Assembly: GCA_013239625.1 (NCBI GenBank)
Contig: MU053557.1
Coordinates: 627,063 to 691,062, forward strand
Source: Lama guanicoe
Taxonomy: Eukaryota
Reading direction: 5' to 3'
DNA length: 64,000 nucleotides
The notes below the pieces were generated by a model that ran no database searches, had not been told where the DNA came from, and was given only the letters and a program-made list of their open reading frames with translations. Positions 1 to 13,100 of this stretch are shown piece after piece (positions within the stretch are counted from its first letter, which is position 1; each line of letters opens with the position of its first letter). The position numbers were made by a program, and so were the translations under genes.

Positions 1-430
1 CGGAGAGGAACGTGGCCTGCCGACACCTGGTTCTGGCCTTTTGAGACTCAAAGCAGAGAAATCAGCCAAACCCACCGGATTTTTTCCTTACGTACAGAGC
101 TCTGAAATAATAAGTGAGTAGTGTTTTAATTCACTAGATTTGTCTTACTTTGTTACGGCAGTGCGTTAGTCAGGTGCTCAGGAGAAACAGAACCAACAGG
201 ACACAGATATATTCAAGAGGAGATTTCTCACAGGACTTGGTTCACGTGTTATGAAGGTGGAGAAGGTCCACAATCTGCCACATGCAACCTGGAGACCCAA
301 GAGACTTACCGGCGTAATCCAGGCAAGGTCTGGGACCCCGAGGACCGAGGGGCTTCTGGTGGCAGTTTCTGAGTCCAAGGCTGGAGAACCACCGATGTCC
401 TAAGGCAGGAAAAGACAGATGCCCCAGCTG
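1..430. mobile_element. MLT1-like LTR end (1-160) followed by MLT2-like LTR fragment (163-430)
   Basis: Typical MaLR end (…gccgacacc…aataataagtgagtagtgttttaat…tttgttacggcag) and MLT2 start (tgcgttagtcagg…gaaacagaaccaacagga). Confidence 0.6.
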
Positions 431-444
431 AAAGAAGAAGGACA

Positions 445-1280
445 GGTTCTGGTTCAAGATGGTGACAAAAGAACGACCAGGCCTCCCTTCCTCCCACAGA
501 CACAGCAATCTGCAGCTACAGCAAAGCAAACAGGAGAAGCAGGGGCACAGTCTTGCCATGAACCCCATCTTGGGCACAGCCACCCACAACTGGGAGGGAG
601 TTTAAAACCCAGAGCTTCTCCCTGAGGAGCAAAACTCCACATCTGGCACCCCAACTTTTCAGATCTGTTCCTGAGAAACAATCCCCCCCCCAAATAGCTA
701 GCTTTCAAAATCAATGGGGCACGTGGCCCCGAGACCACAAGGCTATGCCGATCTGAGAAACAGCTCTTAAAGGACTCATACTCGATTGAGGGCTCTGTGA
801 AGAGGCAGCCTATGGAGAGGAGCCCAGACTTTATGTGCAAGAGGCTCATTTGCTAATCTTAAGATGTCGGCCTGAGGGGCAGGAATCTAATTCAGCACAC
901 ATCTAGGTGGCCTGCTGGCTGGCAGGCACCACCTTCAAACTCCAGCCAAGAGAGGCATCTTTCCTTTCTTTTTTTTCTTTTCCCCTAATGTTAGCTTTTT
1001 TAATTTTTTTTTCTTTTTTTCCTGTGGACACTGTCTGTATGTTCTCCTTCTGACTCATTCTAGCAGGCAGGTGCCATCTTTGAGCTCTAGCTGGCAGAGA
1101 TCCATTTTTTCTTTCTTTTTCTGTTTTCTTTTTTTGTTTTTCTCTATATGGGTGCTTTGTTTTCTATATGTGTGGATGTATTGAAGTGTATGCGATACCA
1201 TGTTGATATGATGTTCTGTCTGGGTTCTGGCTGAGGCCCCAAAGGCCAAGAATAAATCCCTGCATACTAAGTGCTCTGCA
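445..1280 (+). mobile_element. L1 5'UTR-like fragment
   Basis: Starts ttcaagatggtg (resembles the YY1 CAAGATGGCG motif at L1 5' ends), followed by L1-5'UTR-like sequence and T-rich tracts. Confidence 0.45.
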
Positions 1281-4200
1281 GGATTGGCAAAGGAGGTCAC
1301 TGAAAATTAATACTGAAAATTTCATCCCCCAGGGTATGAAAGATATGAAGTGGAAAAGATACAGGGAACATGGCGCTTTGGGTCTCTTCTCTTGACTATT
1401 CGTGGAAGGAGAAGTGGGGGTGGGGAAGCTGACATTCATCTTACAGCCAGCGAAAGAGGGGGGCTTTAAGAGGACCACGCAGAGAACTTGTTACCTTCAC
1501 TGGAGTTTGGAGGTACCACATGGGTTGGGGTGTGACACATTTTTTAGAAACTCATTGTTTCATTCATTCAACCAAAACTGACTGAGCTGACTAGCAAATA
1601 CTATGCACTGTGCTGAGTGCTGGATTCTAGTCCTCATGTTTTTTGTTAAGCCTTTAAATAATCTAATACATTGGAATAAAGGAACAAAAAGGCATTTTAA
1701 GTGGAGATTTATTGTTTGCCTTCCTGAAATCCATTTCTGCTTCTTTTGGATAAAGCCCCTAGTTTGAATTAGGAGATTTCCCCTGCTGCTACCTCCTGGG
1801 ACACGCACTTGACTGCTCCTTCAACCCAAGCCAATCAGTGTCTCTTATTCCCATGATCATTGTGATTGATTCAGGAGTGAGCACATGTACCTGACAGACC
1901 AATGAGATGCAGTAAAATTTTGGCTGGAAATCTCTGAGTAGAGATAGTTTCACTTTTTCACTAGACATGGACTTGGGAGTAAGCAGTAACTGGAGCAGTT
2001 GCAGCCATTTTGCCACTATGAGGAACCTAAGAATTGAGTCATTGCTTGAACCCAGGATGAAGCCATCATGGCTTCATTACTTATGTATTACTTATGTTTA
2101 TAAACTGATAATTATCCTTTTGCTTAAGTCATTGAATTCATGGGCTACCACTTGCAATAAAAAATGCCCTCATACTGACACCATCCTGTACTACTTCCTG
2201 TTTTCAAATCAAAAATGTTGAAAGCTTGAATTTAAATTCTCAAAATAGAATTTGAAATGTAAAGAGGAAAGATAATATGATCATCTAATAAATTTAATCC
2301 TGTACATACATTTGATTTCACATATGTTAAAAATGAGTTTATATCTTCAAATGTGCCTCAGCTAGAATTTTAAATCAAAACACCCTTAGGACAAGGAAAG
2401 TATGATAAGCCAATTAAGAATGGTGAGCATGCTTTCCATTCTCTTTGAAGAACCGTCTTGTTTAGTTTCCAGTTACACACCTAATCTGAGAATAGGGATC
2501 TAAGAGAAAATGCTTGAAGGGTAATAAGAAAAAAGTCAGCAATTATTCTGACACCTAAATATCTGTCAGATGCCTCTAATCGGATGAAGGAACTTTGATT
2601 TTAGCTACCAATTTCCTTTTTTGCATTGTCTTCAGAGTCTATGCCTTCAACATCACACTAGAACACATCTTGTCATATACTTAACATCTGGAATGAGGAA
2701 AGATTACCCAAAGGACTCTTGGCTGCCTTTCTTCTCCCCTGGAGGAGTTAGGTTGGCAGGCATCACCCATCTGTGTGACAGTTCACCAGCTCAACACATC
2801 TGAGAATAAATGAGTGAAGTCCCTTAATTTTTGCAGGCTAACCTCAGGGTTACATTACTTGATGCCAAAACATCCAGATTAAGATGAACATATTAAGTCA
2901 GCCATCCAGATATTCTCAAGTCTATAGATGTTAGACATCTTAAAAGCATAGCTTGTGATGGCATTAATTGGGCAATATAAAAATCCCCATTCCACTCGGT
3001 CATGAAGCTTTTATTGTCATCTACTTTTGTGTCAGCCTCATAGGATGGAAAGAGTCATGCCACTGTTCCTGGCCCTCATGAAGTTTACCATCTTACTGGC
3101 ATACAAGATAATCAGCGAACTGCAAGAAAATATAATGAATGATGTATCAAATTTGTATACTTTCATTGCAAGGAATTTAAAAGTCAATTAGTAGTTGCTG
3201 GGGTCTGGGTTAGGTGTAGGGAGTCAAGGAAGAGGAATGACTACCAATACGGAGTTCCATTTTGGAGTGGTGAAAATGTCTACAGGTAGACTGTGGTGAT
3301 GGTTGCACAACTCCGTGAGTTTTCAAAAAGCCCCTGAAGTGAACATTTAAAGTGGATACGTTTTATGATTTGTGAACTACCGTTCAGTAAAATTTTTAAA
3401 AAACGATGAGCTCTGTGTGTGTGTGTGTGTGAGACTAGTCATATCAGCATGTAGAGATAAGCACGACAGTACAGACTCTTCTCTAGGTATGATGCAAAGC
3501 ATGCACTTTAATGTTCGTATTATTCTGTCATATGCATATCACCTAATTGATTTCACTATTCTTTCCTTAAAGGAGAAAACTTGTAAGTTAGGATAAAAGT
3601 CTGACTCATGTCTAAGACTTTAGAAAATTCATTGTAGGAAAAAAGAAAAACACAAGCATTCATCGACTTATTTTTAAAACTACTGTTGTCAAAAGAATTT
3701 CACGTTACCTTGTAAATGAAACTCTTTCGTGCTTCATGCTATATTTAGAATGCTAGTTACCATAACAACAAGATGTAATTCATCATATAGAAACCCAACC
3801 CAAAGGGCATTCTGTATCAGAAATCTTTACATGATGTTACAAATATGAAAGGCAGTTCTAGAGATGATTAGGTCCAATCTTCTGCCTCTGAGAAAGATTG
3901 CCTTCAAACTTTCAAAAAGATGGACTACAAGCTTATTTTAGAAAAATAAAGTAAAATAAACAAGGCTTGAGGAATCAAAACCCTACTATTTCATTTCAAA
4001 ATTTGGTTCAGGCTTCTGCAACCAAGGTGGAAATGACCTAACTTCTGGCATCCTCTGTGCAGTACAATCCTAAATTACCCCTTCCTTGATTTGATCTTCC
4101 CCTCCATAGGCCAACAGAGTGACCCCAATAGCCTTTCACAACTCCAGCCCTCATCAAACATGGCTGGGCTTGATTCCCCAACCCCAAAATATATTAGCAA

Positions 4201-4842
4201 GGTGCTTCTTTGGCTGCAAAGGGAGATTTTTCTTCTACAATATTTGCTTTTCTCCTTATAATTCATACCAGTGATATTTAACCTTTTGGCCCAGCCATTT
4301 CTTTGAGAATTTGATGAAACCCAGACCCTCTTTCCAGAAAAATGCGCATAATACATACGATTTTATTCGAATTTTAGGGGTTTCTTGGGTCCTCTGAAGC
4401 CTATCCATATTCTTTTAAGATAAAGATTCTGGGATTATAGACTAATAGATTTTCTCTTTCCATTTCACTCATTCATTCATTTACTCACTCATTCATTCAG
4501 TGAAATACGTATCTCATGATATGCCAAACACTTCCCTAAGTCCTTTGCAGTCATGTGAACTTCTGCTGCACCCAGGTGACTTTGTGGGGAACCCCAGGCT
4601 CGAGGGGAGTGAATCTCATTCTGTGCACTGGGAGAGATTCTCCTTGCTCTGCAGAAAGGTGAGTTACCTTGCTTGGTGCCCTTCTGTAACATCATTTTCC
4701 TCTGGATGGATAGTCCCATGGAGCTTGGTGAGAGCCTTTTCCCCTAGAAACACATGATTCCAGGTCAGAAGGTTTAAACTTGGCCCTGGCAGTACCACAT
4801 TTCAGCCACATGGTCTTGGGTGAGTCACCTTATCTAACTCTT

Positions 4843-4984
4843 TTTTATTTTTTTTTTAATTTTTTAGTTGGGGAGGGTAGTTAGGTACTTATTTTATTTA
4901 TTTTTAGAGGAGGTGCTGGGGATTGAACCCAGGATCTTGTGCATGCTAAGCATGCGCTCTACCACTTGAGCTATACCCTCCCCC
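4843..4984 (-). mobile_element. tRNA-Ala-derived SINE (camelid Vic-1-like), inserted in a MIR
   Basis: Reverse complement reads GGGGAGGGTATAGCTCAAGTGGTAGAGCGCATGCTTAGCATGCACAAGATCCTGGGTTCAATCCCCAGC (A and B boxes) followed by an A-rich tail; short TSD ctaactctt on both sides. Confidence 0.9.
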
Positions 4985-7900
4985 TCCCTGTCACTAACTC
5001 TTAATTTCCTCTCTGTGAGACAGAGCTAATAATGGCTGCCTCACATCACCTCTCTCTGGGAATGTGAGTAGAAAAGTAACAGAACAAGAAGATGGATATG
5101 AAAGCATTTTGTAAACTATAAAACAAATCATCATCATCGTTATTAAATGTCATTGTTATGCACTTGTTGCTGAAGATCAGACCCGTATCTTCACTTTTGG
5201 CTCTAGAGGGTGACAGGTGCAAGATACCACTCCTAATCTGAGCTCCAGTCTCCTCTTCTTTGAATTCAAATTGAAGTTGCTGAGACAGAGCAGGCAACAC
5301 ATTTCCAAAACTGCGGGACCTTTCATGAGGCAAATGTCAGCCTCTTATTTGCAGCTAGAGTACAGTAAATTGGAGTGAATTACATGCACACACCAACATT
5401 CCCCCCACAGAAACATAGATAACTTCTAGGCATTTTGAAAAGTGAAAGTACATTTTAATTGCTTTTCTCGAGAGTATCTTGAAAGACTTTTGCCAATGGA
5501 ATTCGGATTCTTTAGGTGGCAAGTCCACACAAACCAACTCTACTTGCTTAAACTTCTAGATGAGGAATTTGGTTTCAAGATCCAGCAGGGTCTGGTGGAT
5601 CCCGAGAGCTGGCCTGAATTGCCCGGAGGTCAGGAGCGGCTGAGGCTGTGAGCTAGAACCCTGAGAACTCCACCTCGCTATGTGGTGTGCTCACGTGGCT
5701 CCTGCCTCTTGCTCATCAGATCTCCTTCCTTAGAACCCTGGTCCCAAGGCAGGCAGAATGTGCTGTACCCAACTCCTGACTTGATGTGTCTGCACTCAGC
5801 ATCCTGACACACCTAACCCAGCTGTCTATCTTGATCCCACATCCCCAAAGGGATCTGATGAGCCCCAGTTATATCAAGGGCCTGTTGGAATTTGAGAGGG
5901 TCCTATCACTGAACACCCACTTTCCAACCCACATTTTAAAACACTGGAGAAAAGAATAGGGAGATGGGGAAGTAACATATCGACTTTATCAATAAAGATG
6001 GTTTCAGCGTGTTGCAGCAATGGGGGCTTCCAAATGAGGACAGGTGCCTTTATCCAAGTGGCAGGGAACAGGGTACAACACATGCTCCCAATGGGCAGAG
6101 AGCACTCAGAAGCAGCAGGAGGGAGGGGCTGAGCCGAGCAAGCCAGGTCTTCCTCCTGAACTCACCAGTCAGGTGGCTGGCTCCTCCTCCCCCAGGGGAA
6201 GGGGTGGAAGAGGCTGGAAGTGTAGCAGAGGCAGAGTCCCCTCCACCTGGATGAAAGTCTCAGGCCTAGGGGAGAAATGCTCCCCCCTTTCCGGGCCAAC
6301 CCTCATCTGATCACTCACAGCTGTGAGTACGGGGTAGCGTCATGGGGACAGACGTGGCTCCAGGTGGCTGCCCTTTATATAGGGGAACAATTAGGGGAAT
6401 GACTGTGGCCTGGGTGTGAACATCACATGCATGCGAGAGTCATGCCTCCTGCCAGGTGAACGGAGAATCCCTCGAGGGTGGTGACTTGGCCTTGGGTCCA
6501 CCACTGTCAGCAAAGCAGGAGGGAACTTGGCAGCCACTGAACTACTCTCCCCAGAAGGGGGACCCTTCTCTCTTCCCTCCGTAGTGTGGCGGGAGGGGTT
6601 TTCCGTGCCCTTCAACGTCTCTGTCCTTTCTACTCTTCAACCCTATGAGAAGGAGTTTTTTGCTTTGTTAGCCTAAGATGCCCTGGAAAAGACTCATGAG
6701 ATGGTGGTTTCCCGATGGGGTCATGACCTGCAAATAGGCCTGCATCTCTTGGTCCTTGTAGACGTTAAGGACCCAAGTCAGGATGAGATTGGGGCCTTGC
6801 CTCCTCCTTCCTCCTAGGACTCGCCACCAGGAGGCCTCCCCCTCTGGGTGTGCGTAGGCCTTATCTCTGGACAATACATCTCCACATCGGGCCCATCACA
6901 TGCCACTTGTAGCACTCTGCCTATGTTGTTGTGCAAACTGGACTGCAAAGGCTAGTCTTTCCACATCTGGCTCTTACTCACTGGGTTAGGACGAGGCTCC
7001 TCCCGGGTCCTACAAGGCCCGGAGTGACCCAGCCCTTGCCTCCCCTCCGGCCCATCCTGTGTTATTCTGCCCACTCAGATCTCTGTGCTCAGGTCTTCTC
7101 TCCAATCCCGAGATGCTCGGCCCCTGCCCGCCTCAGAGCCCCGTGCGTGCTCGTCCCTGCATCTGGCCCACTCCTTCCCCTCCTCTTTCCTCATTTAACT
7201 GACTCCTAGCTCTCCTTTACCTCTCATCACCAGTGTTTATTCAACAGGAAAGCCCACCTTGATTCCCAGACCAGACCAGGTATGTGTCATCAGAACTCCC
7301 ATTGCTCCTTCCACAGCGCTTACCAGCTTACCACTATATACATAGCTCTGTGATTATTTTGTGAATGTTCATCTCCTGACTAGAGAGGAGTCCATGAGGA
7401 CAGGTTCTTAACTGCTTAGCTTACTACACTATCCTCAATGCCAGACCCTCAATTAACTTAGCGTGGTGTTTTAATGTTCTGGCTTTGGAGTGGCACTGCC
7501 TAAGTTCAAATCCCACCTCTACTATGTAACAGATGAGTAGCTATTCTCATCTGTAAAATGGGTACAATAAAATTTCATATCTCATAGGATATTGTGAGGA
7601 ATAAGTTTGCTCACACACAAGCAAATTGCTTAGCACAGCATCTGACAAACAACATTAAGTCAATAAATATTAACAATAAACAAAGTGTAAAAAAATCCCA
7701 GATGAAATTTTTCAGAGAGAGACGATGGCCCATTTTGAATCCAAAGAAAGGAGCGACAACTTGCTCCACTGTGAGCCGAGATTATTTCTTCTGATCTGAA
7801 TACAGCAAACTCTCAGTGTTTATCAAATTTCCAATAATGAGTTACAGTGCTTAGTCTCCTAGCAACCCCGCCCGCATCCGCACAGAGTGCACAAACAGTG

Positions 7901-9486
7901 CGCTCGCAGGAAGGTCTTCAGTGATGGGGGAAACGAGCCCACCCATGTCTGTACACATGATAGATTCTGGGGTCAGACCATAGTGTAGTTTTGTGTAGCA
8001 AGTGGCAAGTGGCAGCTATGATTCAGGTGCCTCTAAAAAGGAACTAGGCAAAGATGAGCTTGTAAGCCGGTAGTCACCGTTTTCCTAATGGAAAGGCAAT
8101 TTCAAAACAATTTGTCACTCAAGATTCACTTTCTTATCATACATATTCCTCCAGCACACTTCTTCAGAAAGCAACGTGGATTCATTGAGAAATACAACGG
8201 GTTTATTGTCAGCCTGGGTTCTCATTCATTCAACTGGTTTGTCTTCTTCTTTGTGGTCCCACCTGGGCCATGGGAGAAACTAGAATTGCTGTCTTCTTGT
8301 TACCTGATAGACTCTCCAAACTTCTTTTCAATATATGTTTTTTTTTCTTAACTAAGTGACAACCATGTGACTAGCCATGACAAGCTTCCTGTTCTAAAGG
8401 AATTTAACATAGAGTTAGCCTTGAGTTGGAATAATTTCTGGCACTTGTGGGACCTTGCAAGGCCACTGGAGAACCTAAGAAGTGGATGAATCTGTGTCTG
8501 AGTTGGAACTGGGATCACACACACAACTGAATGCTTCCTCTTCAATCTCCATTTCTGTTCTTTCTTCACAAATTTTGCTTTTCTTGCTGTCTGCAGGCTT
8601 TTTCACATACCAGAAGCATGTCTATTGCCATTCCCTAAGCTTTACGGCTAACAGCTTCACTTACCACCGGGAGAGAATGACTTTATCACCTAGAACTCGA
8701 GTCCAAAATGCCCAAAGACAGCTCTGATTGGCCAGTGCAGGTCACATGTCTCCCCTGGACCAATCAACTGTGACAGCTGAAATTGAACAGTGTGTAAGGA
8801 TAGGGTATGGAAATGAGGGCAGACAAAACCATGTGTCTAGCCAATGTATACACATACCCCCCCTTCCTGCACGTTTCTGCCATGTCACCTCCACCCTCCA
8901 TACAGTAGAGAGGAAACGCTGACAAAGCGAAGGGAGGAAAATCGGCTCCCGCATGGCTGCTATGAGGTACATCAAAGGCGTCTATATGAAGTGCCAGAGT
9001 TCTGAGCTGCTTTCCCCTGTGTAATTAAAGCCAGTTCATGGTAATACAGTCGCAACATTTGAAGAGCTCTGGCTGGTTCCTTCTTCTCCCCTCCCTTCTC
9101 TAAATCTCTGGAGGAAAAAGATATTGCTAACTGTAAGGAAATGAGGAAAAATTAAGTCTGCTGGAATCACAGACAGACAAGAGCTATATTTAAACAACTG
9201 CCGTCTTATTCCCCACAATCATTCCCTTTCAGGGTATTTTCCATTAAAAAAAAAAAGAGGGCTTTAGAGAAAAGTAAGGGCTTTAGGAAATGAATCTCAA
9301 ATGATGGGATTTCAGCATCATCAATAGACAGGGTGGTAAAAGGCAGAACTCTCCCGCCACTCCTCAGATCCCAGCAGGATGGGAAACCTTAGGGGGTATA
9401 GCATCAGAACGAGAAGACCAGTGAGTATTTCACGGTAAATTTTTTTCTTTCTTTTTTTTTTTAATTGAGGTACCATCGGTTTATAA

Positions 9487-10003
9487 TGTAACCAGGAAGA
9501 ACAAATGTGACTCCACATTAGACCTGTTCTTTTAGCTCTAACCCTGCGCTCTGTTTCCTGTGCTTGGTCATGCTGGTTCTGCACCTTTTGTAGAAGAATG
9601 TCCCTGTAGTGTGAAGTATACAGGATAGCCCATCTTCGAGGCTCTGGTCTTAAAAGACCATTCTATTCATAGAGAGATTAAAAAAAAAATTGCAGAACAG
9701 AGAATAACTTTTGCCTCGTTGGAGGTTTGCAGGAATATCAGGGCCTGACCTAAGCGGACAGTTGCAAGAACAAGGGATTCTGACACCAAGAAGTTTGCAA
9801 CCACCAACCACACCCCCTCCACTTTTTAGTATAAACGGAGCCTGAATTCTGACTTGGGGAAGATGGTTCTCTAGGACGTTAGTTCCCCATCTTCTCAGTC
9901 TGCTGGCTTTCCAAATAAAGTCGTTATTCCTTGCCCCAGTACCTCCTCTCCCAATTTATTGGCCTGTCATGCAGTGAACAGAATGAGTTTGGACTCAGTA
10001 TCA
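9487..10003 (+). mobile_element. Solo ERV1-type LTR, family A, copy 1
   Basis: TG…CA ends, 517 bp, 4-bp TSD ataa, TATA-like and AATAAA signals; colinear with the copy at 25371-25887. Confidence 0.88.
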
Positions 10004-10039
10004 ATAACTTTATATAAATATCATGTGTACAAACTTATA

Positions 10040-10179
10040 TAGTTGACCCTTGAACAACACAGGTTTGAACTGTGTGGGTCAAATTATATAAAATTTTTTT
10101 CCAGAAAATATACAGTACAATATGACACCATCCATGGCGGGTTGGCACCACTAACCCAGAGTTGTTCAAGGGTCAGCTG
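10040..10179. mobile_element. Tigger-family non-autonomous DNA transposon (MER8-like)
   Basis: Terminal inverted repeats (t)agttgacccttgaacaac / gttgttcaagggtcagctg, flanked by TA dinucleotides. Confidence 0.85.
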
Positions 10180-13100
10180 TATTTTGACTTCTGTATACAC
10201 TACTTGTGCCCACTCCCCAAACTCTCATTTCCGTCTGTCACCATCCAGTTGGCCCCGTTTACCCATCTTGCCCTCTCCCCACCACAGCAACTATCTTTGA
10301 GGGGGCAGTACAAGGATTGTTACTCCATCTCCCAGTACAAAAATCTAACATGAAATACAAATTATAGCCCGCATTTTATACCCGAGTACATGTAAGTACT
10401 TCAGACTTTCGAGATGAAGGAAATTAATCAGGTTGACGTGTTTACTTTGCAGATGGGGGAGTCAATTTTTTTTTTTGAGTTTCTGTTTACTGTTGATTAA
10501 GAACTAGGCATTTTACAACTCTGTTAAGTGAGAGGTTAACTTCCAGAAAAATGAACAAGTACAATGATTTTCTCTTCCATCCGGTAGAAAAAAATATTAT
10601 CCAGAAATGTATGGTTTTTATTATCCTAAAAGGCATCCGCAAGTTTTGTAACCAACTGAGCATCCTTATTCTCAGCCTCACTCATCATTTTCCGCCTTCT
10701 CTAGGATCCCAGTTTTTCCTGGCGTCCGTGGAACTTGCTTTGTCATTCTTGTTCTCTCATGGATACATTCAATGTATTCTTGTATTCTCTCCTGAGGACG
10801 TAAAACCTTGACAAGTGCTCACTGTTTGCATTAAAGTCATGTTTTAATATATTGACAATAATAACTTGGTTTCCTTCTGGGCTCCAATTTCCCAACCCTG
10901 GCTTCCTTTCCAAGTCCCTTGATAGCTTTTACAAAAGGTAGGTTCTGGGCCCCTCTCCAAAAATGCTGATTCTGTGAGATCTTGGGGAATGAGTATTTTC
11001 AAGTGTTCTTATGATTCTAATACATACCAAATCTGACTCGTGCCTTGATTAACACTAATAGTAATGAAACTAAAACTATTGAATTTGTTATGTGAGATCA
11101 TAGTAACACCAACTATTGTGCATTTACTGATGATACAGCCCATTTACCACATTTACCAAATTCCTATCCAAACCCTAGAGATAAAGAAGTCCCCTGGAAA
11201 GCTACATTCATTTTCGAAGGCTACAGGACTAGGTACTTGGATACAAAAAGAATGCCTTATAAAGTAAAAACACCACTAGCTGACCTTCATCAAGCTCCTT
11301 CTCTTTGCCAAGGTCACTGCTATGGAATTTATACTTAGGTGCCCACCTCCTTGCCCCAGACTGAAATTCAGTGTTTTTGCATGATCCATCAATTAACTGA
11401 TTCATCCAAACAGCATTTGTCAACCTTCTGCCATTTTCTAGTTACCGCCCTAGGGACACCAGGGAACATAAGCACCTTCTCTCTAAGAAATTTATTCTGC
11501 TTACAAGGCCAGAGAATTACTTTTTATTTAAAAATCAGCCCCTGGCCAGTTTGGGTATTTTTGTCTATACTCCCAACACTTGCCTAGGATTATGATCTCC
11601 TAAATTTGTGATCTTGGATGATAATGAATGTAGAGGGAACTGCTGAGAACTGGCTACCCCTAAATCTCCTGGAAACTGTGTTAAGAGGAATTATTTTAGG
11701 TGATACTAACTCTGCAGCCCCCCCCCCCCAACTTCTTCCTCTCAAATGGAGTCTGGTGGGGTTTTTGAAAGGTTCAGATTAAGTCTTTGGTCAATAAAGA
11801 AAGTGAAATGTTACAGGGGTCTGCAGATCCCACGAGTTCATGGGCAGAATCCAGGAGATCTTTGAACTTGGATGAGAAAAATTACATCTTTCTTTTCATT
11901 AACCTCTAACTAAAATGAATCTTTCTTAGTGAAACATTATGCTATACACCAGAAATTGACACAACACAGTTAACTTACTATACTTCAATTAAAAAAAATC
12001 TTTCTTTAATCATGCATGTAACAAAATAATAAGTAATGAGCCACAGTAGTATAAGTAATCTGTGACTTTGTCATCAGTACAAATCAGATACTTTCATATA
12101 TTACTTGTAGGTATCTGTTAATATTGTTTATACTTATCACCACTTTGACATTATGTTTAATTGATTTGCTGCTAGATCTTGTCATTTAGTTGATGAGCAA
12201 CAAATGGCATGATTCCTACATCATAAATTTGTTTTTTAGATATTTTGCTAACTTTATTTCCATATGATTAGTTCTTTGTAAGCCTATTATCTTTATGCAT
12301 TTAAAAATATTATTCTAAGAAGAGAAGCCAAAGTTGTACCCCCACCCCGACACACACATTAAAAATCTCTATCACTTTCTTTGTGCACAGTCCCGTGATA
12401 TAGGCGATGCAATGTAGAGAAATATGACACCTGACATCCAAGGAAGACAATACCCCAAAAATTATCATGATTATCTAAACTCATAACTGCCACCGAGTAC
12501 AAACCCCAGTGTGCAAGAATTTTAACTATTTTTCCATAACGTAATTCTGTTATGAGCCTCTTTCCAGCAGGAGGCAGAAACCCAGTATCAGTCAATTCAT
12601 GGTGTACCCCTGCTGCTTTCCTGGGGGAGGGGTAGTGTAGCGCCCAGGCTTCGGGGCAGGGTTATCTGCTCATGTTCTCCTCTGCTTTGACACCCTCAGC
12701 CCCACCGGATCTCAGTCCCTCAAGCCACAAGGAACTTCTGGATGGGGCTTGTTCCTGACCCAGGGCTCCTTTGATGTCCTGTCTATCTGATTGCTGAGCC
12801 CTGCCAGGGGCGCAGGAAACTTCCTCCCCTTTTCAAGCCATGCCTAGAAGCACTGTCCTTTTCCGTCCTAGTTCCTTCTTCCTGCAAGGGCCACATCGCT
12901 AATTCTACTCGGAGGTCTCATCCTTTCCCAGAGCAAAACCAGAATCAGGACACAGCCCCTCTCTTCCCTCTGATCTCCCAAACCTACCTGGGTGTTTATC
13001 ATCCTACTGTCAAAATTTTATCCACCTGGGCATAGGTTGGTGGGGGTGGGAGCGAGGGGGAAGGGAGATTAAAGGGCCATGTTTTCAGATATTTCCTTGA

